A stretch of DNA of 63,170 nt, filler included, from Octopus bimaculoides (Eukaryota): the NCBI RefSeq assembly GCF_001194135.2. It is 5 parts of 4 records of this genome, joined end to end, with 100 filler letters (N's around TTAATTAATTAA, not from the genome) between each part and the next. Parts side by side here need not be neighbours in the genome. Positions count along the whole stretch, not along the records: positions 1 to 30,197 come from NC_068983.1; positions 30,298 to 44,453 come from NC_068990.1; 3 more parts are not named here. One strand, given 5' to 3'. Shown here piece after piece: positions 25,683-37,879 of this stretch (position 1 is its first letter; each line of letters starts with the position of its first letter). Position numbers and translations under genes: made by a program. Under the pieces are notes generated by a model. That model made no database searches. It saw only the letters and a list, made by a program, of their open reading frames with translations, and was not told where the DNA came from.

Positions 25683-26270
25683 GAAAACTCACAGCTTATT
25701 TTGCTGGATATGATGTAAAGTGTCATCTTTCCACAGCCAATAGACTAATTTGACACTTGTTTACTGGTCATGCTTCAAAAACCCCGCGAAGAATTCTTGC
25801 AGTTCCAAGCAATGCTGATTTTTGTAGGTGTCCTACCATCACACTTACACTGATAATTTTCAACCATGCTGGTAGTTGAGTGCTGATCCTTCCAAGTGCA
25901 CCAATTACTTTTGGTATCACGTTTACTCTCTTCATTGACCACCATCTTCGAGTTTCCCACTTTAAATCGTCATAGTTGTTTATTTTTTCTTCTCCTTTCA
26001 TATTGATCCTGTTGTCATCGGGGCGTGCTATGTCGATTATCACACATGCTCTTTCTTTTTTATTTGTCCGGTTTCCGATGTCTAGTCGGATGATCGCACT
26101 GGATCATTGCATCACACAGGATTTTGCAGTTATCATTTTCGGTGACTACTTCTGGAGTTTTCTCATACCACATCTTTGCTCTTTGTAGGCTGTGATTTCT
26201 ACAGAGCTCTCAACGGATCGTTCTTGCCACATTGGCATAGCGTCTTTTGTATTGGATCATTCTTGCCAGA
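25683..26270 (-). mobile_element. R4/Dong-like LINE 3' end (RLE domain plus 3'UTR)
   Basis: IIDIARPDD...EEKINNYDDLKWE...VIGALG...LQKSALLGTARILRGVFEA*; followed by (TAA)n at about 25660-25682. Confidence 0.9.
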
Positions 26271-26287
26271 TTAAAAAGGAAAAGGAC

Positions 26288-26294
<7 letters not shown>

Positions 26295-26362
<68 letters not shown>

Positions 26363-26392
26363 GTCGTCGTCATTATTATTATTATTATTACT
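26295..26392 (+). repeat. Compound (CAC)(CAT)n(CGT)(ATT)n microsatellite
   Basis: Directly visible. Confidence 0.95.
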
Positions 26393-26535
26393 TTATTTGA
26401 TTTTACAGTGCTAATGAGCTTTTCAAGACACTCTCACTTCTAGGTAATTTTTCTTGATTTTGTTTCAAAATAAGATGATTTTTCGCCCAAGTCTGAGCAA
26501 AAACAAGAAAAACATTTAAATCTTTCTTTTGTCAG

Positions 26536-26756
26536 TTGATGTTTAATGCAGAAACGCCCACCACTAATCTAGAAAGAACCCTGACAGCTGCAGAAAAAAA
26601 ACACACACACATAGACATAAAAAGCGTAAAAGCAAATCAACAGAATGCTGCAAACGAAACTGCCAATATTTTGAAGCAAACCAAAAAATATGTTTCTTTG
26701 GTTTTTGACATGAATGAGAACGACTTCTGTAACATTCTAAACTACATTAGCAATGG
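26536..26756 (+). CDS. Candidate internal exon, similar to the ionotropic glutamate receptor / ANF-receptor-family amino-terminal domain
   Basis: Strong acceptor tctttcttttgtcag; only one frame open; LMFNAETPTTNLERTLTAAEKKHTHIDIKSV...VSLVFDMNENDFCNILNYISN|G recalls AMPA receptor [31 protein letters not shown]...[23 protein letters not shown] (from memory); donor G|gtaaac followed by microsatellite. Confidence 0.4.
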
Positions 26757-27717
26757 TAAACATCACCACCATACCCATCACCACTACCATCACCACCATA
26801 ACAACAATAACATGCAACTTTGCATACATTGCCATGCAAATATTGTTACCAATAAAGACATTTTAGATATAGGCCAAGTGCAGTTAGAGGAACAAAATTG
26901 GCAGGAGTGTGCCATTAGGGAAACTGCATTCTGATCACAGGTAATTTACTCCAGTGCTACACTGACTTATTTCTGCCTAAGAAAATAGCACAAATCTCTG
27001 TACCCTGATTTGAAGGAGGTCTCGATAGATATGTAGGAGATATCTTGCACACTGAATGGGGAAAAGCATGGCGTAGTGCCTGCAAGCTTTCCAAGACTAA
27101 AGACTAGGGAATATTGCATTTAAAGAGAAAAATCACACATACCTACCCATAATTTATGAAATAGAGGCAGTGAGATACACAGCAATCCATAAAGTTTCAT
27201 ATTACCTAGCAATCACATAGCCGTTTCAAATTGTACCACATACAATTAGCACGAAAGTAAGTCGGTGGGTCTCGGTACGTCGCTGTAGTCTAGCTGGAAT
27301 ATTTCGTTAGCTGCGTGAATAACTGAAGCAAACTCACGAACATTTAGTTGAAATATTCTTTGCCTGGCATAAAGATATTTGGTGTTGGCTATTTAAAATG
27401 AACAATATTAATAACTGCTGACTGCGAGAATGAAAAAACCGCTTGAAATTAGAAAAACTATCCTTGTAATAACATGCAGTCGGTCACAAAAGTACGACAA
27501 AAATAAACGAGGTTATCTGCGCAAACCTTCTTGGTGACAAAAGACCGTTTATTGTCTGCGCTCTAAGCTACGCACTAAACTGTTTTGATAGGAGACATGC
27601 GGTTTTACTCAAGAAAAACCGAGAAAACTATATCCTGTCACAGCCTCACGCTGATTGTTCGATTTATAGACTGATTACGTGAAACATTGATTAGCAAGAA
27701 AGATTATATCCAGAACC

Positions 27718-27761
<44 letters not shown>

Positions 27762-27776
27762 TATATATAATTAATA

Positions 27777-27811
<35 letters not shown>

Positions 27812-28211
27812 CTATTCACACATTTATATTGGAATCGTGGCAGTCTAGAAAGTGGCTTGAACTCAGAATGCATATTGAAAGTAAATCAACTACATCGTAG
27901 AAGAGCCATTCTAGCCATTTAGTAATTCACAAAACCTGTTAAAATCACATTTTATTTGTTACAGGAAATGAAAAAAATTTTCCTTGCACAACATTAACTT
28001 TTTTCATGGACATGCAACCGTTTGAAAATTTGTTAATGATCAGTTCTTATATAATTCAGTTTTCTTTTCTTTGCCTTGATATTTTGATTCTTTATCTTCC
28101 GTAATGAAATAGACGTTTTGGTTGCTGAATTCATGTAGACATCACTCTTCTGTAGGCCTTCGTTAGTCATTTACAATTTCGATTTTCTTTCTTTTTTGCT
28201 TGTGAGCAACA

Positions 28212-28275
<64 letters not shown>

Positions 28276-29807
28276 ATGTATGTATGTATGTATGTATAAA
28301 TCTTTGTTACTCCAGAAGTGAAATATTACAGGACTCAATACAAATGAAGAACATTTTTAGATACATTATAACTGAAAGTCACCAATTTCCAGTACTCCGA
28401 GTACTTCGTTTCCGATCATCAACTGGAAAACCGAGTCTGGTTTTCTTTTGAATATCCACTGTCTGAATATTTTTTAGAAATATGAAATGAAAGCTTGAAG
28501 AAATTGTTTGCCGTTATGTACTCCCGTTTAAAAACATTTGTGAATAACGTGTACGAACACGGCTGCATCAACTTCACGCTTTTTATCTAATTTCTGGTTC
28601 TAGTGATTATATTATTATAAACAGCATAAAATCCATACAATAGAAGTCATGAAATTACACTGCTGTTTAAGCATTGTTCCAAAATAATGCTTTTAAATAA
28701 TACTTTTAATTAATACATTTAATTAATGTTCTTTTCAAACACAATTAGTGTGTATGCGGGCGTTCATTTTGCATGCCCCTGTGCAGACACATAGATATGT
28801 ACACATGTACACATGTACACTCATAGGCACACACATATACACAGAAATATATATTGATACATACATATATACATACATGTATACAGATACAAATATGCTT
28901 ATATACATATATTCACATATAGACATGCAGGCATACATATTAAAACATATTAAACATATACCAATAAAACCTATTAATTAAACATTTCGTAAGCCAATTC
29001 TTTTTCTGAACGAGAATGAAATTCAAAGAGGTTTGTATTTGCATAAAAGATACTTAGTCGCGTAAATACAAGGCGCTAACAGTTCGTTTCTTTTCTTCAA
29101 ACTATCGGTGCCTTGAGCCAAATTTTCTCAGTTTTTCGCTCAGCCAAGGTTACACTGCAGCTTTAACTTGAAGCTCCCGTTCCGACAAGGCTGCGTATTA
29201 TCTACAACAGACCAGGTAATTTTGAATTCCCGAGGACTTGTCTCACGTAAGTACTATATAAACATCGAGAGCTGTAGCACAGTTTCTGTCGAGGCTGACA
29301 AATGAATGCATACGCTTGTAATAACGTTTATTTTTAGTGCGATTTCCGCTGCCCCAATATATGTATACTATCGACCTTACCAGGAAATTACCGTCAGGTG
29401 GACACTTCTCGCGAATTCTACAATAGCATGATACCTGTTGGCTAGCTGTTTGCACCTCTCCTCTATTCAGCTAAGCTGTATTATAACTTCTGATATAACA
29501 CCTGAAATTTTTGCAAGCTGAATACCTAACCTTAACACAGTTCCTATTCAATATTTTCCTATACTTATACCCAGGCGGAAAATGATGGTCTATTAAATTC
29601 AGAAGTCAAATTCTTTAGCTAGAGAAAATTAAAAGGAATATCATGGGAGAATTGAAGAATTGCAACAGCTATGTAAGTTCTAATATATGTTTTTATTCAT
29701 TTAAACGTTCCAGCCCTAAGGCTGTGACCATGCTGTGTATATATAAGTGTGTGTAAATATATATATGTACGCCCCCACAGACACATTTAAAAAAAAAAGA
29801 AGTTTTT

Positions 29808-30197
29808 TAAGTTTCAGCTTAGAGCTGCGGCCATGCTGATGCACCACCATGTTGCTACACTGTTATTACAGGGAGCCTCTTACAATATGTGGCACTTGGT
29901 GCAGAATGGAGTTTGATTTAGCAACCCTCATTTGCACCTCCTGCCGCGAGGTAGGTTCATCTGGACTCTCGATAGGAAGAGATCCAGCTTTGATTTAAAA
30001 ACTCCTACATCTACTTTGTGTAGATTCCTCAGGCTCTTTGGGAGAATATTAAAAAGCTGTGGGCCTCTGAATCCCAAGCTGTTGCAGTAACTGGTCCTGA
30101 AGCGTGATGGCATTGCTGGGATCTTTGGCACTATGCAGTGTCGTCCCGTTTTGGCATTGGTGTAGCTTTCAATGCCAAAATTTGGCACAATTCCTTC
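29808..30197 (-). mobile_element. CR1/L2-group LINE 3' end
   Basis: GRHCIVP...NSLGFRGPQLFNILPKSLRNL...VFKSKLDLFLSRV..EP then ...SNSILHQV and tail cagcatggccgcagctctaagctgaaac; 5' side lost in a gap. Confidence 0.8.
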
Positions 30198-30479
30198 NNN
30201 NNNNNNNNNNNNNNNNNNNNNNNNNNNNNNNNNNNNNNNNNTTAATTAATTAANNNNNNNNNNNNNNNNNNNNNNNNNNNNNNNNNNNNNNNNNNNNCTT
30301 CATTGTTCTATGTTGGTTTTTGTTTTTGTATACCATTCGATTTAAACCGATTTTCATTGTAATTTTTAATTGCTAAATTTTTATTTTACGTCGATTTTAT
30401 TGTGTAACCATATTTTTATTTGACCCCAAATCAGATGTATTGTCCCCTCTATGTCGCCCCTTGTGGGTAATAAAAAAAC

Positions 30480-31240
30480 TGGTGCCTTCGTTGATGTTTG
30501 TGTGCGTTTTTTACCCTGAAGAGAGAGTTATTACTAGTTTGTGCTCTATTGTGCTCTAAATACGGTGATATACCCCCGAAATGGCCATAGGTGTTCTGTG
30601 TTTGTTATTCCGACCTATATTTGTAATCCATTGTAAATGATGTTAAATTATGGTTTGACTTTACTGATGTTACCTGCTGGATGTTGGTTTAATGTATCGA
30701 CTTGTGTGCCTTGATTTTCTTGGACTTAAATAACGCTGATGGTGAAATATGGATTTTACTTTATTACACATTGGATGTTCTGTTATTATGTCGTCCCGTG
30801 TACTTTGGTATTCCTGTGTATGAATTACGAATTACGAAATTGGATTTTACCTGCTAAATTTGGTCTCATGAGGTAAGTAATGAACTTTCGTACAATTTGA
30901 ACTTAAACTTCTTTTATTAGCTATTAACCTCAACGAATGAGCTATTTTACTACGTTTCCCTATGTATTATTTTTTTCTCTATATTTTTATATATATATAT
31001 ATATTTATTCCACTATATCTGTACCGGTCTATAATATTTTTAATCAACTTTTTAATCGCAGTTTATTTATTTATGTTATTCTATTATATTTTTAATCGAC
31101 TTTATTCCTATGTATAAAAATTTTGACTTCCCTTTGACTTTGGTTTTGTGGTTTATGCTGTACTTCTGATATGTGGTCATTGGTGGGCTGTGGCTTTTTG
31201 AGTCGATGACCTAACGGTTTTATTCTGTAATTAACTTTAT
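30480..31240 (+). mobile_element. Possible decayed Penelope-like terminal region
   Basis: T-rich tail composition similar to 16770-16880 and 53330-53450; very degenerate ctcatgagg...tcg motif at about 30866. Confidence 0.3.
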
Positions 31241-31317
31241 ATATACGTATATACATATATATATATATAAATATATATATATATAGACATATACATATAT
31301 AAACATGCCATATATAC

Positions 31318-31507
31318 AGGCGGTGAGCTGGCAGAAACGTTAGCACGCCGGGCGAAATGATTAGCGGTATTTCGTCTGCCGCTACGTTCTGAGTTCAAAT
31401 TCCCCCGAGGCCGACTTTGCCTTTTATCCTTTCGGGGTCGATTAAATAAGTACCAGTTACGCACTGGAGTCGATGTCTGTCCTTGTTTGTCCCCTCTGTG
31501 TGTAGCT
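31318..31507 (+). mobile_element. tRNA-headed SINE family D
   Basis: aggcggtgagctggcagaaacgttagc head, gagttcaaattcc B box, cctttcggggtcgattaaataagtacc body. Confidence 0.85.
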
Positions 31508-32378
31508 GTGTCCCCTCATGCTGTCACATGAGAATCGAGTGATCTGTTCTAACCGAGTCTTCGTTTGAATATCACTTAAATGCAGAAGGTCATCAAAAAA
31601 AAAAAAAAAGAAGCGAGTGACATTAATTTCTCTTTCCTCGGCAGATACTATCATGTAGCGTTTACATTCCCCTAACAGACTTTTATGTCCTGGATAGTAT
31701 GGCTTTCATTCTGCATATACTGCTTGTAGTTTAATGCAAACGTGGTATTGATGGTTCTGTTTTAGGAATTTCTTACGCTAACGATACTTTTGACTTACCG
31801 TTTGCAATTCGTGTTTAGCAGTAAGAGCATCTTTTGTCGGCATTTCCAGTCTACCTTCAATAATCTAATATAATGTCACAGCTGTGGTTCGTGAATTTAT
31901 TATATATTTCGCATTAAATGATAGTATTCAATTGTCCAATATTTTTTCTGGTTCCATCGATGCTCTTTTGGAGAGAGGTGATCCATTTTGCCTGTGTTTT
32001 TCGTTGCAATTGATCGTTGTTATTCCCACTTGCTGTCCAACTCTAACTACAAAACAATGCAGGACATTCAGTGTCTAACAGTTGAGAATTTCAGTTTGTA
32101 TTAAGTGTTCTTTAGTAACTTGATCGATAGCGGATACCATAAAGATAGTATGTTCTTATAGGTTAATAATCAAGTTTATTCGTGCAAATGATGAAGTTTA
32201 GTCTGAATTTCGCCGAGTTGTTTATATTCATCACTTATTTCTTTTTTGTTAAAAAAATTAAACAGCTACTGCTCTACGTGTAATGACATCAATCTTGTTT
32301 CAGTGTTGTTATTATTGCTGTCACTTAGGTCGTGGTTAGTATTCCTCTTGGTTTCTTCAAAAAAAAAGAATCCACTAG

Positions 32379-33180
32379 TTAGTTTATATTTATATTAAAT
32401 GTGCGTTTTGATAGTCTGTAGAAAGAGCAGCATTTTTTAAAAGGAAGATGGCTATCTGCTGCACTTGTTTCCACCAGCGTATCTGGGTGGGGTGGTGGCG
32501 GTCCGCTCCGGACTTTTAGAGGGGCTGAACTTTTGGGTCTGCTGTAGGCAATACGTGGTGTTTTTGTGGGTCCTGGCGCGGCACACACTCTAGCTACGCT
32601 AGTGCCTGTTTGGCACTGACATGTGAATAACTGAGGTATTTCAAATCCCTTTAGCTCACTCATCATCCTTTTTATGTAACTAACCGAGTTAACTTCCTCA
32701 ACATTTTTGTACTATTCATACAAATCATTATACAATTTTTTAAAAAATCCACCAGAATTTCTCTTGGTAGTTCCGTAACTTGCAGTGGCTAAACCTTGTT
32801 TCCTGTCTTGTCACTGTGTATATAGCACTGATCCGCATAACCAGCTTTAGTTGATTTCCACGACTTGGTTAGTTACTATTATGATCTTCTCTAAAAATGC
32901 ATCGTTGCTTTTATCCGAAGAGAGTCATTTTGTTTTTACCATTCTTGTATTAAATGGCAAAAGTTTTAGGTGATCGTATTCGCAACTACTAAGATAAATA
33001 ATGCCTCCCATTCGGATATGACTGAAATCGACACCATATTTTTTTATGTAAGAGTTTTCTTGAGAGCTAACACTGTCACCTGGTATTTCATTCACCCACA
33101 CCAGTGGACTGCCGTTATTTGGTGCGTGGTTGTTTGTTCGCCCGGAAGGTGTCCATTTATCATCGCTACTAAAAGCACAT
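32379..33180 (-). pseudogene. Pseudogenised ORF of unrecognised family, containing a MITE
   Basis: One frame, no frameshift, four internal stops: CAFSSDDKWTPSGRTNNHAPNNG..VWVNEIP..VSSQENSYIKKYGVDFSHIRMGGIIYL...SYGTTKRNSGGFFKKLY...LFTCQCQ[MITE]AADSHLPFKKCCSFYRL. Confidence 0.55.
32472..32604. mobile_element. 133-bp MITE (hAT-like)
   Basis: Terminal inverted repeats caccagcgtatct / agctacgctagtg; degenerate 8-bp flanks cttgtttc / cctgtttg. Confidence 0.65.
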
Positions 33181-33184
33181 CAAG

Positions 33185-33500
33185 TATGTTAGAAAATGTT
33201 GTGACCGGGTTTAGGAGATCAGCAAGATATTCTCTCCACCTCACGAAGATGTACTTCTTTTCAGACAGAAGGACCTCAAACGATTCCTGATAGTGGGCAT
33301 AGAGGGGTATTTCTTTCTACAAAGTCGGCCGTTGGTCTGACAGAATACTTTATTTGATGATCTGAAGTTGGATTGTAGCTTAATCCCAAAGTCCTCCCAT
33401 GTTTTAACCCTGGACGTCTTTACTGTGATCTCCGACATGAACGTGATAGATTCACTGTCGAGGGCTGTTTGGTAGGAATGAAAAATCAGTAGCGCGAAGA
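33185..33500 (-). mobile_element. RTE LINE fragment (pre-RT linker), inverted relative to the neighbouring 3' piece
   Basis: VKTSRVKTWEDFGIKLQSNFRSSNKVFCQT.GRL and, after a frameshift, RWREYLADLLNPV. Confidence 0.7.
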
Positions 33501-33539
33501 CTGAGACACTTATCCTTTCAAGGAAGCCTGCACAATACA

Positions 33540-34345
33540 CTCTACATGTGAATGAAGTTCCACTGAAGCAGATGGAAAAATTTAAGTATCTCGGGGCCTT
33601 TTTCTCAAGTGACGGAAGGCAGGAGGCTCAGTTAAATGCAATAATTGCATGAACTGGTGCAGTAACGCCGCCAGCTTCAACTTTTGATTATTAGAGGAAG
33701 AGAGGTAGGTGTAAAAACAAACTTGCTATCTTCAATTTGATATAACGGATTACAAGTAAGTTCGCTGCCATCATTTTACGTTAAGAAACTTTCCGCCAGG
33801 AAAGTTTACTGAGAAAATATAAAAATATATCTCTTGTATCTCACCATTAATAGTTAAAAACTATTTTATTGCAGAAAACAAAAACACGGTGAATTGATGA
33901 TGGTGAACTTTCCCTGCGGTGAAATGATGACGATGTAGTCACCGCACATGATTCGTGGTTACCCTTACGATGGTTATGAATCTTGGGTAGTGACCAAAAG
34001 AATACTATCGTGAATACAAGCAGCCGAGATGGAGTCCCTCCGAAAGGATTCCTTGGAGTAGCGTTAGTCAATAGAATATGTAGATCAGAAATCAGAAAGG
34101 GACTCCAGGTAGAGCTGCTATTTCTCCGAATTGAGAGATCACAGCTCCGATACTACGGATGGTAAAACCGACCTACTGGAGACTCAGGGGGTAAACCACA
34201 AGTAAGATGGTTAGACAACATCCATGAGCTCAGTTGGTCCCGTTAGGGGATCCAGCCTGGTTTACTGGAAACGATTATTTCAGAAAGGACCAGATGGAAG
34301 GCGTGCTTGGAGATTTTTACCCATGACTCTCCATGTAGATGAAGA
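33540..34345 (+). mobile_element. RTE LINE 3' portion, interrupted at about 33720-33980
   Basis: LHVNEVPLKQMEKFKYLG..FSSDGRQ; SWVVTKRI...IQAAEM; SEIRKGLQVELLFLRIERSQLRYYG; (gatgaa/tgaaa)n tail. Confidence 0.75.
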
Positions 34346-34369
34346 AGATGAAATGAAATGAGATATTTT

Positions 34370-34729
34370 GACTCGTGTATCTTTTAACTTGTTTCAATCA
34401 TTGGACTACAGCCATGTTGAGGTACCTGTCCGAAGAATCTTAGTCGAACGAATCACCCCCAGTTCTCTCATTTGCCGAATCACTAAGTTATGGAGATGTA
34501 AACACATCAACACCAGTGGAAGGACACAGACACAAAGACGCATACGCCTGCGCATATACGACAGACTTCTTTCAGTTTCCGTTTACCAAATCCACTTACA
34601 AGGATTTGGTCGGCTCAGAGCTATAGTAGAAGACTCTTGCTCAAGGTGTCACGCAGTAGGACTGAACCTGAAACCATGTGCTTGGGAGGTGAACTTCTTA
34701 CCACATTACCACACAATCACGCCTGCGCC
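34370..34729 (-). mobile_element. SINE family A
   Basis: Collinear with 12825-13233. Confidence 0.8.
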
Positions 34730-35296
34730 TATATTATGCTAACTGTCATTCTTATTTGCTTGTTCCAATCGATTCCAATAAATTAATGCATATATCTGTC
34801 CAATAAGAAAGTCTTTAGCTATTCTTTGCTTTGTTTCAAAGAAATTTTTAATCTTTTGAAATACAGAAACGGAAAAGCATGATTTATATTTGATTCACAA
34901 TCCTTGACAAACTGTAAATTCGTTTTTAATTAGTGCAAAATAAATGTTTACTGACTTCCACGAAGTTATTTATAGAGCAGTTTTTTCTCAAAATCTACAT
35001 GAAAGGTTTTCATAAATTTTAGAATTTAAAAAGATTTAAGATACATTTGAAAACGGTAACAATATCTATCTCAGCAGAATAAAATTCCAAACATGATACC
35101 ATCCAACCATGATACCAAGCTGGTGTAATACTTACAGACTGGATTTGTGCGTGCGTGTGCATATACATACATGGATATATGTTTATATATCCGTCTGTGA
35201 GCGTGTGTGTGTATTATGTATGTACGCATACTTATACATATGCATTCACAGACACACACATATATATGTATGTTTGCAAGTATATATTCATATTTA

Positions 35297-35338
<42 letters not shown>

Positions 35339-35341
<3 letters not shown>

Positions 35342-36213
35342 TAGCTGACGTACCCAGTAATTCCTGGGAAAGCGGGGCTTATCCCTTGGTTCCGTTCTCG
35401 TAATTGTTTCACTAATCCAATTACAACAATACAATGTATGTAGCCCTTAAAACGGTTTTTGTGCATTTACAGAGGATACAAAACTGTCTTACACAGGATC
35501 TTATTTTTAGGAATTCCTAATAAGTTATGAATACCCAAATTCTGAAGTCGGTTATTTAATAACATGAAATTAGTTAACCGATGGTAAGAATTCAAATAAA
35601 GTAGCCCTGAAAAGGGCTTTAATGCGTTCCCAGAGTATATAGAACATAGGAGGAAATACTAATAAGTTATGTATACTGAAATCGTGAAGCAGGTTACGTA
35701 GTAACAGGCTAATCAGATAAGAGATAATAATAATTGAAGTAAATAACTCTGAAAAAGGCATTTGTGCGTTCTCAGAGAATATTACCCTCAGGGGCGCTAT
35801 TGTTTGGTATATTCGTGAATAAATCACTAACCGAAATAAATGGATCTATTGTTTAGGAAAATACTGCTTACTTGTTTAAGAGTTGTACTGGATAAATTGT
35901 GAAAATAACTCAAACAGTTCAAATACTAAGAAATAAGCATGCTCAATTTCATCTTTACCAAATAATTTAGGAAAATGAATGGTTATTTCCCTTGATTTTT
36001 AAAATGAAATATATTAGATATATATAAGGATCCTTTCCTGGGGCCCTACTATCGATGTTTTTCAACAATCTGAATATGCCATAAGGTTTCCAGACAGGAG
36101 TTCTACTCACATGTCAAGTTTCATCAAACTCGATACAACGATGTAGGAGGAGGGAGGGGTTAACTAACAACTCCACAAACACAGCCACAGAGAGAATTAC
36201 CCACATGTGTAGT
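35339..36213 (+). mobile_element. Non-autonomous Helitron/Helentron-like element with internal subrepeats
   Basis: Starts tactagctgacgtaccc in a (TA)n tract; ends ...aagtttcatcaaactcg...gtaggaggag...tagtatg; three diverged 140-160 bp internal units (about 35443, 35605, 35747). Confidence 0.5.
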
Positions 36214-36745
36214 ATGTGCCGTGCTCGAGAAGACCCGTCAAGCCAAGTGAAATCGTAGGCGTGGCCGATGTCGGTGTCACATTACTGGCACCCATATCGC
36301 TGGCACGTAAAAAGCATCTTTCGAGCGTTGGGTCTCACGGAGGCAATGTGGCTGATGCCGGTGGCGAGTAACTAGTACCTGTGCCGGTGGCACGTAAAAA
36401 ACGCCTTTCGAACTTTGGGGCTCACGGAGGCAATGATAAATGACCGATACTTTTGGCAATACATCGTGCTTGAGTAGGAGACCAATCAGGTCAAGTGAAA
36501 TCGTAGTCATGGCAGATAATGGTGTCACGCAATTGGCACCCGTGCTAGTGACACGTAAAAGCAGTCATTACACCCTTGGAGTGGTTGGTGTTCGGAGGGG
36601 CATCCAGAAACCATGCCTAATCTGGCTGGAATCTGGTGCAGTCCCTCAGCTTACCAGCCCTGGTCAAACAGTCTAACCAATGCCAGCATGGATAACGGAC
36701 GTTAAATGATGATGATGATGAAGATGATGATGAAGATGATGATGT
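36213..36745 (+). mobile_element. RTE LINE extreme 3' end with internal duplication and (GAT)n tail
   Basis: gccgtgctcgagaagacccgtcaagccaagtga = AVLEKTRQAK*, repeated at about 36464; tail gccagcatggataacggacgttaaatgatgat shared with 57397-57620. Confidence 0.75.
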
Positions 36746-37202
36746 ATGTATGCGTTTGTGTATGTATGTGTGTGAGAGAGAGAGTATATATCTATGTATG
36801 TGCATATACAGGGTGCGATGAGTAAATTCTTGCCATTTTATATTTCTAATTTCACACATATGCGCATTGTTTGTTTTTGATATATATATTGTTGCATTTC
36901 TAGGGTTTTTTTTCTTTTTTTTTTTTTTTGACAGTAACATACACACTATTTGTTCTTCACTCGTTTATTATATTAACTTATGTCCATTGTCTAGAAACCT
37001 TTCGTCATGCATCTTTAGGCTCTTCAGCGACACTTTCCTTTCTCGTGTGTGTTCCTGCACCGCTTAAGCCGTTCTCTTTTTCTATTCGGTCAGAAAAAAA
37101 AAATTACCGTCCCGAAATATAACAAAATATGTTTCAACATACGGTTTCAGGAATTCTGCCACACAAATTCATAAACGTTTGTGTGTGTGTGTGTGTAATA
37201 AA

Positions 37203-37250
<48 letters not shown>

Positions 37251-37253
37251 ATA

Positions 37254-37290
<37 letters not shown>

Positions 37291-37440
37291 NNNNNNNNNN
37301 TGCCTTTTGCATCACTATTCAAAATTTCCACAAATTTCCATTTCCTCAGGTGACAAACTTTTCTAACCAGGTTCAAAAGACATTAAAACACTAAGATAGT
37401 TTCGTTTATTTCATTGGCTTATCTCAGTCATGCATTTAAG

Positions 37441-37713
37441 CATGGGCCTTGAAACAGGGGCTGCAGGGTGTGCAAGTGCACCTCCTAAAATTTTTTGTTG
37501 GCTGTAAAATGAAACATTGCATTCCTACTTACTTCTCTAAGGTTTAGAAAACAGTGCGTACAAAGAAAAAAAGTGATGCGTAAGAAAGAGCTTGTTTCTT
37601 CTCAAAGAACAAAGAACAAAAATAAATGAAACGAAAAGAGATAAGATCTTGTTTGTGTTAAATACTGAACCTAGGTTTGCACCCACTAAGCAAGCTTCGT
37701 TCCCGAGCCAGTG
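37441..37713. mobile_element. About 270-bp MITE
   Basis: Imperfect TIRs catgggccttgaaac / gttcccgagccagtg with subterminal gggtgtgcaa..gcacc and ttgcaccc. Confidence 0.5.
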
Positions 37714-37879
37714 CGCATAAGTTCAATAGAAGAACTGCAGATTAAGGCTGATTATTTCTTATGAAAAATTCGTTAAACAGCGGAAGAAATACTTCCATTT
37801 TTAAGTCACACATTTCTGACTGAATTTTTGTGTTACCAGCATTGAAAACACTAACCCCCAGGTATCGATTATAAATTTC

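Noticed and set aside
26757-26934. His/Asn-rich C-terminal part of ORF 26536..26934 as a metal-binding protein
   Set aside because: Begins at a GT donor and consists of CAC/CAT/AAC microsatellite; more likely intron read-through
29392-29445. Minus-strand exon-like segment (YHAIVEFARSVHLTVISW)
   Set aside because: Short, no recognisable homology, and not phase-compatible with other minus-strand candidates
29575-29672. Exon-like segment with cag acceptor and gtaagt donor
   Set aside because: Stops in all three frames from the best acceptor
30242-30253. TTAATTAATTAA island inside N runs (also about 44498, 55385, 59846)
   Set aside because: An identical 12-mer with stops in all six frames, always embedded in gaps: a scaffolding spacer, not biology
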